From Octopus vulgaris (taxonomy: Eukaryota): a stretch of 64,000 bases of DNA. Under the pieces are notes generated by a model. It ran no database searches. It saw only the letters and a list, made by a program, of their open reading frames with translations, and had not been told where the DNA came from. Made by a program: the position numbers and the translations under genes. Where the stretch lies: contig OX597822.1 of the NCBI GenBank assembly GCA_951406725.2, positions 88,474,001-88,538,000 on the forward strand, read 5' to 3'. Below are positions 25,048 through 39,265 of the stretch, piece by piece. Each line of letters opens with the position of its first letter. Positions within the stretch are counted from its first letter, which is position 1.

Positions 25048-25072
25048 CACGCACACCCACACCCACACACGC

Positions 25073-25103
<31 letters not shown>

Positions 25104-26295
25104 AGAACTGTATTAACATTAATATAGCTTTTGATGGAAATCTGACAAAGGAACCTATTTAAAACATTACCATTTTTTTACATCAACTTTTACATGTTGT
25201 CATGGCTTGGATTACGTCACCACAGTTCATCATCTGAATTTGTGAGGTTCAACATTCTAAAATCTGCCTTGACCACTCCTAACCACATTTTTTTCAGTTT
25301 TTTCAGTTCTGCAGCCTCCTACTTGCATCAACACTTTCACCCAACAATCATTCCTCTATATATCACATTTCCATACCATCACAATTTTCTTTCCTTGGAT
25401 GCTACAGTGAAAACTACTGACACCCAATTTTTCTCTGCCTATTTGGGCACCAGCATTCACGCACACTGGCATTATGCCGTTAATGGACCATGCTCATCGC
25501 ATTGCTTTTTAGCCATTGCATATCCTCCAAAATCAACATTTGTGTCTCCCTACTATGCAATATGGCACTTTATACACATATAGTCTACCCTTCATTCATA
25601 TGAAGTCGATTTTGTTGCTTACTCCCTAAACTCTTTCCACTTCATTCAATCTTTGGCTATTGTATTTTCATAACATTCATTTCAACTGCTAATTGAGTCA
25701 CTTCCACTGTTAATTGGGAAGTAATTCCAACCATGTTTTGTGGTTCACTACCTCAACAGCTCCTTTATAGGATCCAGTGGCTAAAGACATCATCTGGAGG
25801 AACCATGTCCGGTTTCGGCCCCTACTCCTCTACCATTTTCGATGTGGCAGGGCCCCTGCTTTTCAGAGGTATCTTCAGCTCTGGTGTTGAGTGTGTTTTT
25901 TGTGTTCTCCTTTTTTTTCTTTTGTTCTTTGGTTTCTTCAATGCAGCATCAACAAATGTGAATGGTAGCAGCCCGAAATACGGTCAAAGTCAACTTTGTC
26001 TTTCATCTTTTAAGGGATGTGCTAGTGTCAATGTAAATGAATCACCCCCATTCCCATAAAATCTGTGCCAAATTTTCAAACAATTATTACGACCATGTTA
26101 TGTTTGAGTTTTGCTTTAATTTATACGAATTGCTAGTCTCAACCAGAGACATCAAAGGACAACAAGGTTTTGCATCTGAAGGTGCTAAAAGGTGAGGTAC
26201 CATGCAATTGAAAACACTGATATCTATTATTATTGTTATTGTTACTGTTGTTGTTATTATTGTTATTATTATTATTATTGTTATTATTATTATTA

Positions 26296-26330
<35 letters not shown>

Positions 26331-27398
26331 GAGAGAGCAGTGCATGCCATCAAAGCGACACTAGGGTAAAATATACGAAGCCCAGTAAACCCATCATGAC
26401 TACCCGTCTGATAAGGGTACACTAGGCACATGCATCACAACCACATGTGCGCGACATGGTGATCTCATATCAAGATAAACATTACATGACCTTGCAGGTG
26501 GGGCCCAGTTAAAATTTTCTTCTGGTTGAGTAGCCCATCCTGCTCAAAAGGCCCTGAATAAGGGTTGTTTAAGGGTGTTGAATGAACCACCCATGTTTCC
26601 AGAGGTGAATTATTCAAACCCCAAAGAATTCCTTTCAACACATGGCTATGATGCTCCCCCACTACTTCTGCTCATATCAGAGATGCACATATCGTCAGCC
26701 ACTAAGGGACATGCTCAACTGGTTAAGGTCAAACAACTGACAAGCAAATATTGAGCAGAATATTTTCTGTAGCCCATCTTTTATACCAAGACAAAACAAT
26801 GTACATGATAACACTTCCAATCAGTTAAGATCAGCAGCCATGAGAGCCACTGCCTGGTACTGCATCAGGGCATTTATTATTGTTGTTGTTATTATCAGGG
26901 TGGTAGATAGAATTGTTTAGCACGCTAAGCAAAATGCTTAACAGCATTTTATCTGCTTTTAAACTCTGAGTTCAAATTCTGTGACGGTCAACTTTACCTT
27001 TCATCCTTTTGGGGTCAATGAAATAAGTACCAGTTGAATACTGAAGGTCAATGTAATCGACTTATCCTCTCCCCCAAAACTTCTGGCCTTGTACCAAAAT
27101 TTGAAATCATTATCATTATTTTTTTTTTATTATTTAAGCAATGACCTGGCAGAATTCTTCACACATCTGACAAAACACTAAATGATATTTATTCCACCTT
27201 TTTACAGTTTGAGTTCATATTCTGCTGAGGTTGACTTCACCTTTCATAATTTCAGGGTCAGTAGTAAAATATCAGCTGTGGGTTGATGTAACCGACTAGC
27301 CCCCTTCCCTAAAATTTCAGATTTTGTGCCAATAGTAGAAAGGATTATTGTTATCATTTTTCCTTTTTATCTCTACAATACCATGTGGTCTGTTCTTT

Positions 27399-27535
27399 TC
27401 AACTATCTAGTTCTTTCCTCATGATTCTGGCTATGCCAAGGAGGCAAACCTTTTGTAACAGCTCTGCCAAGAACTCTATTCCAATTTCTTTTATATTCCT
27501 CTTGATGCCTACTGACACTCCCCAAAGACCTGGCA
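27399..27535 (-). mobile_element. RLE-type LINE C-terminal fragment
   Basis: ELLQKVCLLGIARIMRKEL* resembles the LQKxxLLGTARIxRKxL ending of R4-like ORFs. Confidence 0.55.
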
Positions 27536-27920
27536 ATATTATTATTTGACTTACCCGTCCCACCAAATTCCAGGCCTTGTGTCTATAGTAGAAAGGATTA
27601 TCATTGTTGTTGTTGTTCTTGAGGCAGTGAGCTGGCAGATTTGTTAACATACGGACAAAATGCTTAGCAGCATTTTGTCTGGCTTTATGTCCCGAGTCAA
27701 CTTTACCTTTCAGTCTTTTGGGATTGATAAAATAAGTACCAGTTGAGCACTGGGGTCAATGTAATTGACTTTACCCTCTTGCCTGAAACTGCTGGCTTTG
27801 TGCAAAAATTTGAAACCATTATTTTTATTATTATTGTTATTGTTGTTATTATTAAAATTATTATTATTATTATTATTATCATACTAAAAAAAAGATCCTG
27901 CTTGTAAAGACTATACTTAC

Positions 27921-28066
27921 TTTGGGTTATTACAGTGTTTCTCACTGGATTCAACACCCCCATTACACATACGAGAACAGTTAGTCCAGGATGTCCACTC
28001 ACTCCAGCCACCATTGACACTCTGCGGTCGAAAGTCTTCTTTTACACATTGTCCTCGATAACAGTA
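27921..28066 (-). CDS. ADAMTS6: ADAMTS exon: TSR1 (YCYRGQCV...[30 protein letters not shown])
   Basis: agacag/gtaagt; 146 nt; phase 0 to 2. Confidence 0.94.
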
Positions 28067-28887
28067 CTGTCTCAAAGAGAAGACAAGGAATCAAGACACC
28101 ATTGTATTGGTTCTCTTTCTGTACAGAAGTAAATTTCAGACAAATCTTCAAACTCAAATGCCAAACAATCAAATTTCTTCAAGCAATTCCAGACAAAATT
28201 TGTAAATTATTCTATAAACGATATCTTGTTTAAATGAGTATTGTATATCTGACACACTGTACCCAAACAAAATGCCAAAAATGAAAATGTTGAGTCCTAG
28301 TTTAAACCAGATAAAATGGCAACAGTTAAAGGCTAAATAATAATGAAATAACTAGTTTTACTTGTCATATGATAAATAACTTTGGAAGTATACTTTTACC
28401 ACAATGGATAATATCAGGAAATGTGGTATCATCATCAACATTTAACCTCCATTTTCCATGCTGGTATGGGTTGGGCAGCTTGACAGGAACTGACAAGGCC
28501 AGGGGCCACACCAAGTTCCATAGTCTGTTTCGGCTTGGTTTCTATGGCTAGATGCTCTTACTAACACCAACCACTTTACAGAGTGTACTGGGTGCTTTTT
28601 ACATGACATCATCACCAGTGCTTTTCATGTGACACCAACACCAGTGCCTTTGATGTGACACCTAATACATACAATAATTATAATTTTATTTTATTCATTA
28701 TCAAATTTCTTATTGCTTATACAAAATGACAGAATGAATTTTAAGTTTTAAATAAAAAATATTTACTGCCTTAAAATCAAACTAAATAAAACAATTTTCT
28801 CATTTATTTGTTTGCAATAAATATATCTTATTTTTCTAAATTTTATCAGCATAATTGCAATTTACTCTTTCAAAAAATTATCTCTGC

Positions 28888-28967
28888 AAAATTTAAGCTC
28901 CTCCCATTTAAGCTCCTCCAAAATTTAAGCTCCTCCCATTTAAGCTCCTCCAAAATTTAAGCTCCTA
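28888..28967. repeat. Short tandem repeat of atttaagctcctcc units
   Basis: About 5 copies, visible directly. Confidence 0.8.
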
Positions 28968-29855
28968 CTTAGTCATCTATTCCCTCCCACCTCTTCTCTT
29001 CCTTCTCTGTCTTTGTGATCCTTTCTTTCTCAATGTACATGTGTATGTGTGTGTATCATTCCTTTTACTCATTGCCTACCACCAAGCCTAATATGTGCAT
29101 TCATGTTGTATCTCTTATTTTAACTCCCTCTGTATCTCCCTTTTACTCTTTCTCTCCTTTCTCTATATGATGTAAAGCAAGACCAGAGAATCGAACCAAC
29201 ATTTATATTGACTATTGATACATCTCTAATGAACGTGCTGTGTGGGGCCCAGCATGTCAAAGAATTGACACATTGTTTACTCAGCCTGTCATAAAAGGCA
29301 ACTATAAGAGGTTGAGATAGCATTTGCACTTCAGCCTCCTAAAACCTTCACCAACAATGACTACCCACACAGACCCATGGGTTGGAGGGTTGTCGTCTGA
29401 GTGGTGCAGAGGTGTCATCCATCAGAAGTAATAGGGAATCACCAACAAATGGTGGTTGCAACGATGCTCTATTACAGCACATGTCCTTATACTGCTACTA
29501 ATGCTACTAGTTCAATAATAGATATAGGTTTCTCATTTTCTGTCAACAAATAATCACATCTTTTAAGTAAAAGATATGGCTTTTATCAGTAATTCAGATA
29601 CTTTTACAAAACTACCCCCTTGGGGTTCATAGACTTGCAAGCCCCATAGTAACCTCACTATTACTGGTGCATGCTATAAAGCAATAGGCATTAGGAAAGG
29701 CATCTACCTATAGAAACCATGCCAGAATTAAGACACTGAAATACAATGCAGCCCTTGGGCCCTTCAGTCTTGTCAAACTGGCCAGCCCATGCCAGCTTTG
29801 GGACATGGGCATTATATGATGATGATGATGATGATGGTGGTGATGGTGGTGATGG

Positions 29856-29893
<38 letters not shown>

Positions 29894-31577
29894 GTTGTTG
29901 TTACTGCTGCTGCAAAACTTAAAAATCAGAATAAAGTATGAAGCTCTCATATTAAAAACATGGCAAACTGGAATCACATTGAGATCACCAATGTAGAAGA
30001 ATTATAAATTTACCTACAATTTTCATTAAAAATTCAAAGAGTTATACAGAACAAAGCCCTGCTCAAAGAATGGAGTTTTGAATGAGCCCACCCTAAAATC
30101 ACTGCAAGCTCACCAGTTAACAATTAGTCCACAAATATCTGAAAACCACTCCTAGGTTTTACCTGATTATTCTACTATTATCACATCCCTAACTATCAAT
30201 ATTCTACTAACATCTTCATGCTACTCTAATCAGAACTATACCACTACCATCATCATCATCATTTAATGTCCATATTCCATGCTGGCATGGATTAGACGAT
30301 TTAGCAGATCAAATGGGTTTGAAACTGCATCATGCTCCAATATCTGCCTTGGCATGGTTTCTATAGCTGGATGCCATTTCTAATGCCAACTGTTTTACAG
30401 AGAGTACTGTTCTTGTTTTTTTTTTGTTTTTGCTTTTTTTTTTTGCTTTGGCTTTCTTTTTGCAGGGGTAGCACCAGCACTAGCAACGACCATCTATGTA
30501 CTCATAAACAGACATAGCCACTTTCATGGCCTTCTCACCTTTCTGCTAGTTTTTTTAGATGCTTGTGTAGTCGAGATCAGACATAGACAGCCTCTAAGAC
30601 TGCCCACATTCCAGCAGAACATCAAGCATGTGGCAGCTGGAAAGAGAGAGCCATGCCAGTATTCTAACAGCTGACCTTTTCAACTGTATAAGCTGGAGCA
30701 ATGTGAAATGAAGTGCTTTGCTCCCATTCAAGAATTGAACCCATAAATTTACAATCATAAAGCCAACACCCTAGCCACCAAGCTTTATATATTCACACCC
30801 AACCAAGACAATGGTTAATATTTAATGCTGGGTAAGGTGGTGAGCTGGCAGAATTGTTAGCACACCAGTCAAAATGCTTAGCAGTATTTCATTCATCTTT
30901 ATATTCATCATCATCATCATCATCATCATCGTTTAACGTCTGCTTTCCATGCTAGCATGGGTTGGACGATTTTGACTGAGGGCTGGCAAACCAGATGGCT
31001 GCACCAAGCTCCAATCTTGATCTGACAGAGTTTCTACAGCTGGATGCCCTTCCTAACGCCAACCACTCCGAGAGTGTAGTGGGTGCTTTTTACGTGCCAC
31101 GGCACGGGGGCCAGTCAGGTGGTACTGGCAACGTCCTCGCTCGAATCTTTTTACACATGCCACCGGCACAGGTGCCAGTAAGGCGACGTTGGTAACGATC
31201 ACGCTCAAATGATGCCCTAAAATTCCACTGAGGTCAATTTTACCTTTCAAATTTTCAGGATCAATAAAATAAGTACCAGTTGAACACTGGGGTTAATATA
31301 ATTGACTTACATCCTTCCCCAAAACTTGCTGGCCTTGTGCCAAAATTTGAAACTAATATCTAATGCTGTACACTTGACCATTCCTTCATAACATAAATGT
31401 CATTCTTAAATTATTATATTTTAAGTTTTTCAAAACATGAAATATTTTTTTTGTATTATTGGCTACGGATAATATTTTGAGTCATGATCATGAAGCTGAT
31501 TTTCCTTATCTTTGTTATTTTAATGATAAACAAACAAAAGAAAAATAAATTGTACATTATAAATTAATGTTACTGAC

Positions 31578-31688
31578 CCCCTTTTTCCGTCTGCGTGGCA
31601 TCTGGCATTCAGAACCATCAGCAGCAGGTATACCATTGGTGACACATTTCCCGCTGGAATTCAAACACCACAGCTGTTGACAGACCTC
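31578..31688 (-). CDS. ADAMTS6: ADAMTS exon: disintegrin-like ([37 protein letters not shown])
   Basis: ttttag/gtcagt; 111 nt; phase 0 to 0. Confidence 0.93.
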
Positions 31689-32303
31689 CTAAAAGACAAA
31701 ACAGCAAAAATTAACAAGAACCACCACCACCACCATCATCATCATCATTGTTGTCGTCCTCGTCATAGTCATCATCATTGTCATCATCATCATCATACTC
31801 ATCAAGGTGGCAAGCTGGCAGGATCGTTAGCATGCCAGGCAAAATGCTTAGCAGTATTTCGTCCAACTTTACGTTCTAAATTCAAATGCCACCAGGGTCA
31901 ACTTTGCATGTCATCCCTTTGGGGGGTCAATAAAATAAGTACCAGTTGAACACTGGGATCGATGTAATCGACTTATCTCCTCCCCAAACTTGCTGGCCTT
32001 GTGCTAAAATTTGAAATCATTATTATTATTATTATCATGATTGTTATTATTTATTCATATTCTGATACAAGCCCAGCAGTTTTTGATGGAGAGGGCAGAG
32101 TTCATTATATCAGCCCCTGTACTTGACTGGAAATTTATTTTGTCTACCCGAAAAGGATGAAAGACAAGGTTAACTTTAGCAGAATTTGAATGAAAAAAGT
32201 TGGAAGAAATACCACAAAGCAGTTGAGTCAATGACAACAACAACAACACAACAACAATGACGGTGATGATGATATATTACTGTTTGAGTTCTCACAAACT
32301 TAC

Positions 32304-32445
32304 CAGAGGTTTGCATTCTGTTGACTTAGAGAAGAATTGAAGTTTACACTGTTCATCTACGTTATGATTTCTCCCTGGTAACTCATCAGTGAATTCAAAA
32401 TCTTTTTCTTTAGGAGCATCTTCCAAACAATAACCTCGTCGTGAA
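32304..32445 (-). CDS. ADAMTS6: ADAMTS exon (SRRGYCLEDAP...LPGRNHNVDEQCKLQF...ECKPL)
   Basis: ttgcag/gtaagt; 142 nt; phase 2 to 0. Confidence 0.94.
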
Positions 32446-33014
32446 CTGCAATAAAGAATTTCAGAATAAACCAAAACATGAATATTGATTCCTCCAGGTA
32501 CACAGCACCTGAGGAAAAGAAAGGCTAATCATCACTTAGATCATAAGTCTGTTTGATCAGAGTTAAAAAAGTCTGTTTGATTAGAGTTAAAAAACTACAA
32601 GAATAACTATATGTGAATTCAGCATTTTCATCATCAAAAACAAATTTTAAAATGGGAATTAATAAATTTTATGTCTGTCCCACCACTTTATTGTTGATAT
32701 TTGGTGAATAATTAACTATTTAACATTGAGATTACTCTGTCAAATATAATGCTTATTTATTCATATTGTTTTGAATTAATTAAGCATTATCACATATCTA
32801 CGAAATTTTAATGATATGATTGTTTAATTTTAAAATGACATTGTAGGGTAGGTGTGAAAGGCTATAGATCTGGCTGGTTTGAATATAAAACAGGGTTGAA
32901 TATTTGGGTCGAATATGGCCAGTTTAAATGCTAAAGGGTAAAGCCATAACATTCATGATGTATACCTAGTAAGATAGAGAAAACTCCTAGTTACACATGT
33001 ATATATGAAGCTAT

Positions 33015-33386
33015 GTGGAGGTGCAATGCCCCGGTGGTTAGGGCAGCAGATTCACTGTCATAGGATCGCAGTTTCGATTCCCAGACCGGGTGTTGTGAGT
33101 GTTTATTAAGTGAAAACACCCAAAGCTCCACAAGGTTCTGGCAGAGGGTGATGGTGAACCCTGCTGTACTCTTTCACCACAACTTTCTCCCACTCTTTCT
33201 TCCTGTTTCTGTTCTACCTGTATTTCAAAGGGCCAGCCACTGTGTCATGCTGAATCTCTCCGAGAACTACGTTAAGGGTACACGTGTCTGTGGAGTGCTC
33301 AGCCACTTACATGTTAATTTCCCGAGCAGGCGGTTCCATAGATCGGATCAACTGGAACCCTCGTCCTCGTAACCCACGGAGTGCCA
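33015..33386 (+). mobile_element. tRNA-derived SINE (family C), near full length
   Basis: gtggaggtgcaatg...ggttagggc...gtttcgattccc head; its reverse complement matches 47850-48535. Confidence 0.75.
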
Positions 33387-34672
33387 TGACGATATGAAGC
33401 TATACCTATTTATACAAAGCTACACAAATATAAACAAAGCTACTCATATAAAAATAAGGTTATACACGTTTAAACATAGTTACACATTTATAAGTAAATA
33501 TGAGTCTTCAACTGCAACATCACTGAACAGGACAGGCTAATGAGAAAGTTTCATGAAAGTTTACTTGCTTGAAATAGCAGTCAAATTTCTTCAAATCATA
33601 ACCTACCATTTAAAAAAAGTGAAGGACATATTTGATAGTGTAGTTCTAATCTACAAAATAACAAGATGGTCATAGCTGGATTGTTTTTGATTATAGCTCT
33701 GCCTGATCGAGACAGACCTGGGGTTAAACACCAATCCTAATCAGGTTACCATAAATAATACTGAGTCTTCCAAATTTCATTAGTTTGGGATATAATTCAG
33801 AAATTCCTAAGTATTTTAAATCAAACGTTAACCAGTGAGTTGCTGTTGTCTTTTCCTCACCATATCAAGGTACATAACTTCGCTTGTTCTAATCTAGCTG
33901 AGTGAAAAAGTATTTTCTACTCCTACTTCATTGCAATTCAATGTTTATAGATAAACACTGAATTGTAATGTACAATTTATGTACAAGCAATTGCTTCAAT
34001 GAAACAAAATACAATATGTCAGAGGTATTTGTTTTCTATTAGGGCCACCCTGACATAGAAGGGCACCAGCTTGGCTGTTTGGTTACAAAATTTGTTTCAT
34101 AACATACAGTTCTAGGTTGAATGCTACTTGTGTGACACCTTGCTTCTACAATAGCTCCAAGTTGACCAAAGTTTTATGGGTGGAATGCATTTTGAGAGAC
34201 AGAAACTGTGCACAAATCCATTGTACATGGGTTACATCCATCTTCCATGCTAGCATGAGTTGGATATCCTGAAAGGATTTAAAGGATATGGGGGACCCAA
34301 CATGCTCCAAGGTCTGCTTTGGTATGGCTTCTGTGGTTGGATTCCCTTTCTAATGCCAACAACAGAGTGGACTGGGTGATTTTTATTTTTTTGTTTTGTT
34401 ACATAGGTGACACAAGTACTAGTGAAGATCATCTATGTAGTCATGAACAGACATAGCTACATTCATGTCTCCCATCCTTCAGCTGGGTTTTTTTTTTTAG
34501 ATGCCTATGTAGTCAAGATCAGACATAGACATTCACTTAGACCATCCACCTATGAGCAGAACATCAAGCATGTAACAGGTGGAGCAAGAGAGAGCTGTGC
34601 CAACACAAAGTGGACTGGGCACTTTTTTCATGGCACCAGCACTAGTAAAGTTTCCATTGCAAGACAAATTCT

Positions 34673-35105
34673 GGATCTTTTTGGTTTGAACGGCAGTTTT
34701 TAACATAACTTCTAGGTAACTAAAAAATATTAAACTTCGTATACTGGTAGAATGTGTTTATAAAACATCTTTTTCTCTTGGCTTTATTGAGAAAATTCTA
34801 TAGTTTGTAAGATATTTGTTGTTTTTTCTTCAATTTCAACCAATCAGTGACGTCCATTGAGGTTAAACAACATTCTGTGCCATATGAATATGTCCCTCGT
34901 TTAAGAAACAGATTGGGTTTATTTACATTTGTGAAGAAAAAAAGATACCCTTCCCCCCACCCCTAACCCTAACCCTGACTAACTCTAACTAACCCTAACC
35001 CTAAAATAGATTGAAATGCAATAGATCGATACTAGGGTCATAATTATGGGTGACAATTTCATATGAGACCGCTTGAAAAAATTGCTGTTCAAACCGAAAA
35101 GATCC
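34673..35105. mobile_element. TIR element (GG termini, ~8-bp TSD; MULE/Merlin-like) containing telomere-like CCCTAA repeats
   Basis: TIRs ggatctttttggtttgaacggcagttttt and aaaaattgctgttcaaaccgaaaagatcc; flanks caaattct and caaattcc. Confidence 0.75.
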
Positions 35106-35491
35106 CAAATTCCTTTTAACTGAGTGGAAGAGAAGGAGGTAGCTTTATGGTGAGAGATGAGATGTTAAGCTATGAGAGAAAGTGCCAGAACAGATTTGTT
35201 CCTGTAGAGGAGCAAGAGGGCTACTTACATTATAGAAGAGAGAGTGAGCTGCTGGAAAGAGATCAATATTGTGGTGATGAAGGGGTTGGTACAAAGGGAA
35301 CACAAGTAAATGAGGACAGAATATCTACTCAACTTGTACCTTGAAAATTATTTCACGAAAATAATTCCTCTGTTCTACTTCACAAAACCAATGCATTATG
35401 GGACACTACTTAATGAGGTAAACAACTAATTATGATTGTGATCCCAAACAGATGACTAATCAGGTAATTACGGTAACAATGAAAGGTTTAC

Positions 35492-35638
35492 TCAAGAAAG
35501 TTGGTAATATATTCTCGACTACAGCTTGACCATAGAAATGGTGTTGTCTCCTTCGTCAGATGTGCTGCCATGATCTTAGCTCGTTCATGTCCTGGTGTAC
35601 CACACAAATTGCCAGCACCATCATGTTGCATCCCGAAA
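35492..35638 (-). CDS. ADAMTS6: ADAMTS exon completing the zinc site and Met-turn (FGMQHDG...KIMAAH...[14 protein letters not shown])
   Basis: tttcag/gtaaac; 147 nt; phase 2 to 2. Confidence 0.96.
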
Positions 35639-36006
35639 CTGAAAAATGGTAAAATTTTCAAAATATATATATTGGGTGTCTACCTATATACCATCATATA
35701 GACACACATTCCATCATTCATATAAACACTTAACATCCTATCAGTCATATACATATATATATATATAATCTGTACATATGTATGTGCCTACATACATACA
35801 TACATACATACATACAGACATACGTACATACATACATACATAGTTAGGGTTAGTCATACATACATATATATACATACAAACATACATATATATATACATA
35901 CATATATATATACATACATACATATATATATACATACATATATATATACATACATACATATATATATACATACATATATATATACATACATATATATATA
36001 CATACA

Positions 36007-36043
<37 letters not shown>

Positions 36044-36161
36044 TTACACACACACACACATGTACATGCATGCGTAACATACATGCATACACACATACAT
36101 ACATACATACATACATACAGTTTGTTACTGGATAGTCAGTTCTTTGTGAGTATTCACCTAC

Positions 36162-36267
36162 TTGTGGCCAATTTCATGTGCAATGGTGTAAGCCGAGGCA
36201 AGACCAATATCTTCATTTATACTGCAGCTTCTTTCTTCTTCGCACATTCCTGCAACTGGTGCCAGGC
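36162..36267 (-). CDS. ADAMTS6: ADAMTS exon with HExxH ([35 protein letters not shown])
   Basis: attcag/gtaggt; 106 nt; phase 1 to 2. Confidence 0.96.
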
Positions 36268-37435
36268 CTGAATAAATACAAACAAATTTTGTCTAGAAAT
36301 ATTGTTAACAATAAAAAAAAGAAACACATCTAAACATGAATTATTTGTAAAAGCATACATTAAAAATTTAGATTTCGTTTTTGGAAATAGTCAAAACTAT
36401 CGAAAAGGTTGCAAGACGCAACGAAAATTTTAGGACAACAAAAATAAGAAAAACGTAGAAATTTTACAGGTGAGTGTGTTGCATAATAAGGCACAAAAAG
36501 AAAATGACTCTCCCCTGACACAATTAAAAATTTATATTTTTGGTATGTGAGGAATTTGTTTCTATTAATCATTGAATTTCATTTACTTTTTCTTCTCATC
36601 TCCACTTCATCCTTTTTTTATATTTTATTCTTTGTTAATCTTTTCCTTGTTTCAATCATTTGGCTGTGGCCATGCTGGGGCACCATCTTGAAGAGATTTT
36701 AGTTGAATGAATTGAACCCAGTACTGATTTTTTTAAACCTGGTACTTATTTTATTGGTCTCTTTTGCCAAACTTCTAAGTTATGGAAAGGAGAACACACC
36801 AACACCAGTTGTCAAGTGTGTGTGGGGGACAAACACAGACACATATATATACAACGGGCTTCCTTCAGTTTCCATCTACCAAATCCACTCACAAGGCTTT
36901 GGTCAACACAAAGCTATAGTAGAAGACATTTTCCCAAGGTGTCACGCAGTGGGAGTGTACCTGGAGCCATGTGGTTGGGAAGCAAGCTTCTTAGCTTCTT
37001 ACCACACAGCCACACTTAATTATATTTCGTGGGCTGCATAATGATGAAGAAGAAGAAGAAGAAGAAGAAGAAGAAGAAGGGAGAGGAGGAGGAGGAGGAG
37101 GAGGTGGTGGTGGTGGTGGAAGAGGGTAGGGAGGAGGAGATGAAGGAGGTGGTAGTGGTGGAGGGTGGGCAGAAGAGGGGAAGGAGGTGGTGGAGGAGGA
37201 GGTGGAGAGGAGAGGAGGAGGAGGAGGAGGAGGAATTATAGTAGAACACACTTGCCCAAAGTGCCATGCAGGAGGAGGAGGAACTATAGTAGAACACACT
37301 TGCCCAAAGTGCCATGTTGTGGGACTGAACCCAGAACCATGTCATTGGAAAGCAAGCTTCTTATCACAGAGCCATGCCTGTGCCTTTTAAACTTAATTTA
37401 GAATATTTATTCATCAGTCAATCATCCTCATTAAT

Positions 37436-37500
<65 letters not shown>

Positions 37501-37952
37501 GATCATATCTGTTAATGTCATTTTATAGTTATCATTAAAATTTTATGTTCATAATCTATAGTAGAGAATTATTAAACTGAGGATGATCAGGCATTAAGCT
37601 TAAGTTTTAGAGAAGGTCAGTTGACTCAACTCTAACATATTTCTGTATCAAGTGTGTAAAGGTGAAGCATAAAAAAGACTTTGGTATGATTTAAACAGTT
37701 TTCGTGATCCCAGCAAATCTGTTGTGTCTCAGTCGTATTTCATCCAACCCTCTAATGATGATGGTGATAGAGGTTGTGGTTGTTGTAAAAAGAGAGGGAG
37801 AATAAATGATTTTGATGACGAAGATGATGATGATAACGACAAAGGCAATGACGAAAATGGTGATGATCACGATGATGATGACAATGATGATGATGTGGTT
37901 GTGGTGGTGAGAATGATGACAGAGGTGAAGAAAGAATATACATGCAACTTAC

Positions 37953-37996
37953 CTAGTGTTGCACATGGTTTGTTTTTGTATGTGCAGATGTCATAC
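37953..37996 (-). CDS. ADAMTS6: ADAMTS small exon (YDICTYKNKPCATLG)
   Basis: tttcag/gtaagt; 44 nt; phase 2 to 1. Confidence 0.95.
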
Positions 37997-39119
37997 CTGA
38001 AAGAAAACAAAAGATTACTGAATATTTTCGTTAACATGGCAGCTACATAGCTACACACAAATACTAAATGATAATACATACATACTGCATCACACCATCA
38101 TATTTCATGTCGAGTTTTGGATGCATGCAAGGGTCAGATGAAATTTATTGAGGCAGACATTTTAATGACCAAAAGTCCTTCTTGTTGTGAACTTTCACCT
38201 GCTCCCAAGTAAAATATTTCTCCATAACAAGACATGTTTTCGCAGAATATTGGAAATGAATGACATGGCTTGTATATCAGTGACACTTATTTACAACTAT
38301 CACATGATGTCAAGACAAGGAGACATAAACATACATGCACATACACACACACATACACACATACACACAATCACACACACAAAAGAAAAGTTCTAGCAGA
38401 AACTTACTTTTTTTTTATTTATTTTCTCTTAAACCCAAGGGAGAAAGGGGTAGACCCAAGAAGATATGGGACAAGGGGGCGAAACATGATCTTTGAATGT
38501 TGGGTCTCATGGAGGCAATGACAAGTGACTGAGACCTTTGGCGATATACCATGCTTGAGAAGACCCATGAAGCCAAGTGAAATTGTAGTCATGGCGATGT
38601 TGGTGTCATGTACCTGCCACCCATGCCAGTGGCACATAGAAAGCACCCTTCAAACATGGGGCCTCATGGAGATAATGATAAGTGATCAAGACCTTTGGCA
38701 TTATGCTGTACTTGAGAAGACCTGTCTAGCCAAGTGAAATCACAGTTGTGGCTGATGCCAATGTCACATAACTGGCACCCATGCTGGTGGCACATAAAAA
38801 GCACTCTTTACACTCTTGGAGTGGTTGGCAGTAGGAAGGGCATCTAGCTGTAGAAACCATGCCAAATCAGATTGGAACTTGGTGCAGCCCTCCACAAATG
38901 TGTGTGTGTGTATGCACTTAGTGCTTATTATTACCATTCCAGAGTTTCATGCTAACATCCAGGAAATTTGGACACAGCAGTGTTCAGCAAAATTTTGCAA
39001 TGGCTTAGGAAACAAAATACAAGTCGTGTTTGATTTTTTTTTCTTTTTTTCTAATCCCGTTTCAGAAATAATTTACAAAATTAATACAAAAATTCAATTA
39101 ATTAAACAGAGTTACTAAC

Positions 39120-39265
39120 CTGGTTAAAAGAACAGCATTATCATGATGAGCAATTCCTCTATTCTGCTGAGTTACATTGGAATGGATTGGAGAATTAATC
39201 ATCTTCTGCCAGCGACAAAAACTACCCAAAGATCGGTCAGCATGGTGAGTGATGCTTAGATTTGG
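39120..39265 (-). CDS. ADAMTS6: ADAMTS exon ([20 protein letters not shown]...[10 protein letters not shown])
   Basis: tggcag/gttagt; 146 nt; phase 0 to 2. Confidence 0.95.

Noticed and set aside
25800-25890. Hammerhead-like ...GGGGCC-GAAACCGGAC on the minus strand
   Set aside because: The CUGANGA core and cleavage triplet are degenerate and stem I is unsupported.
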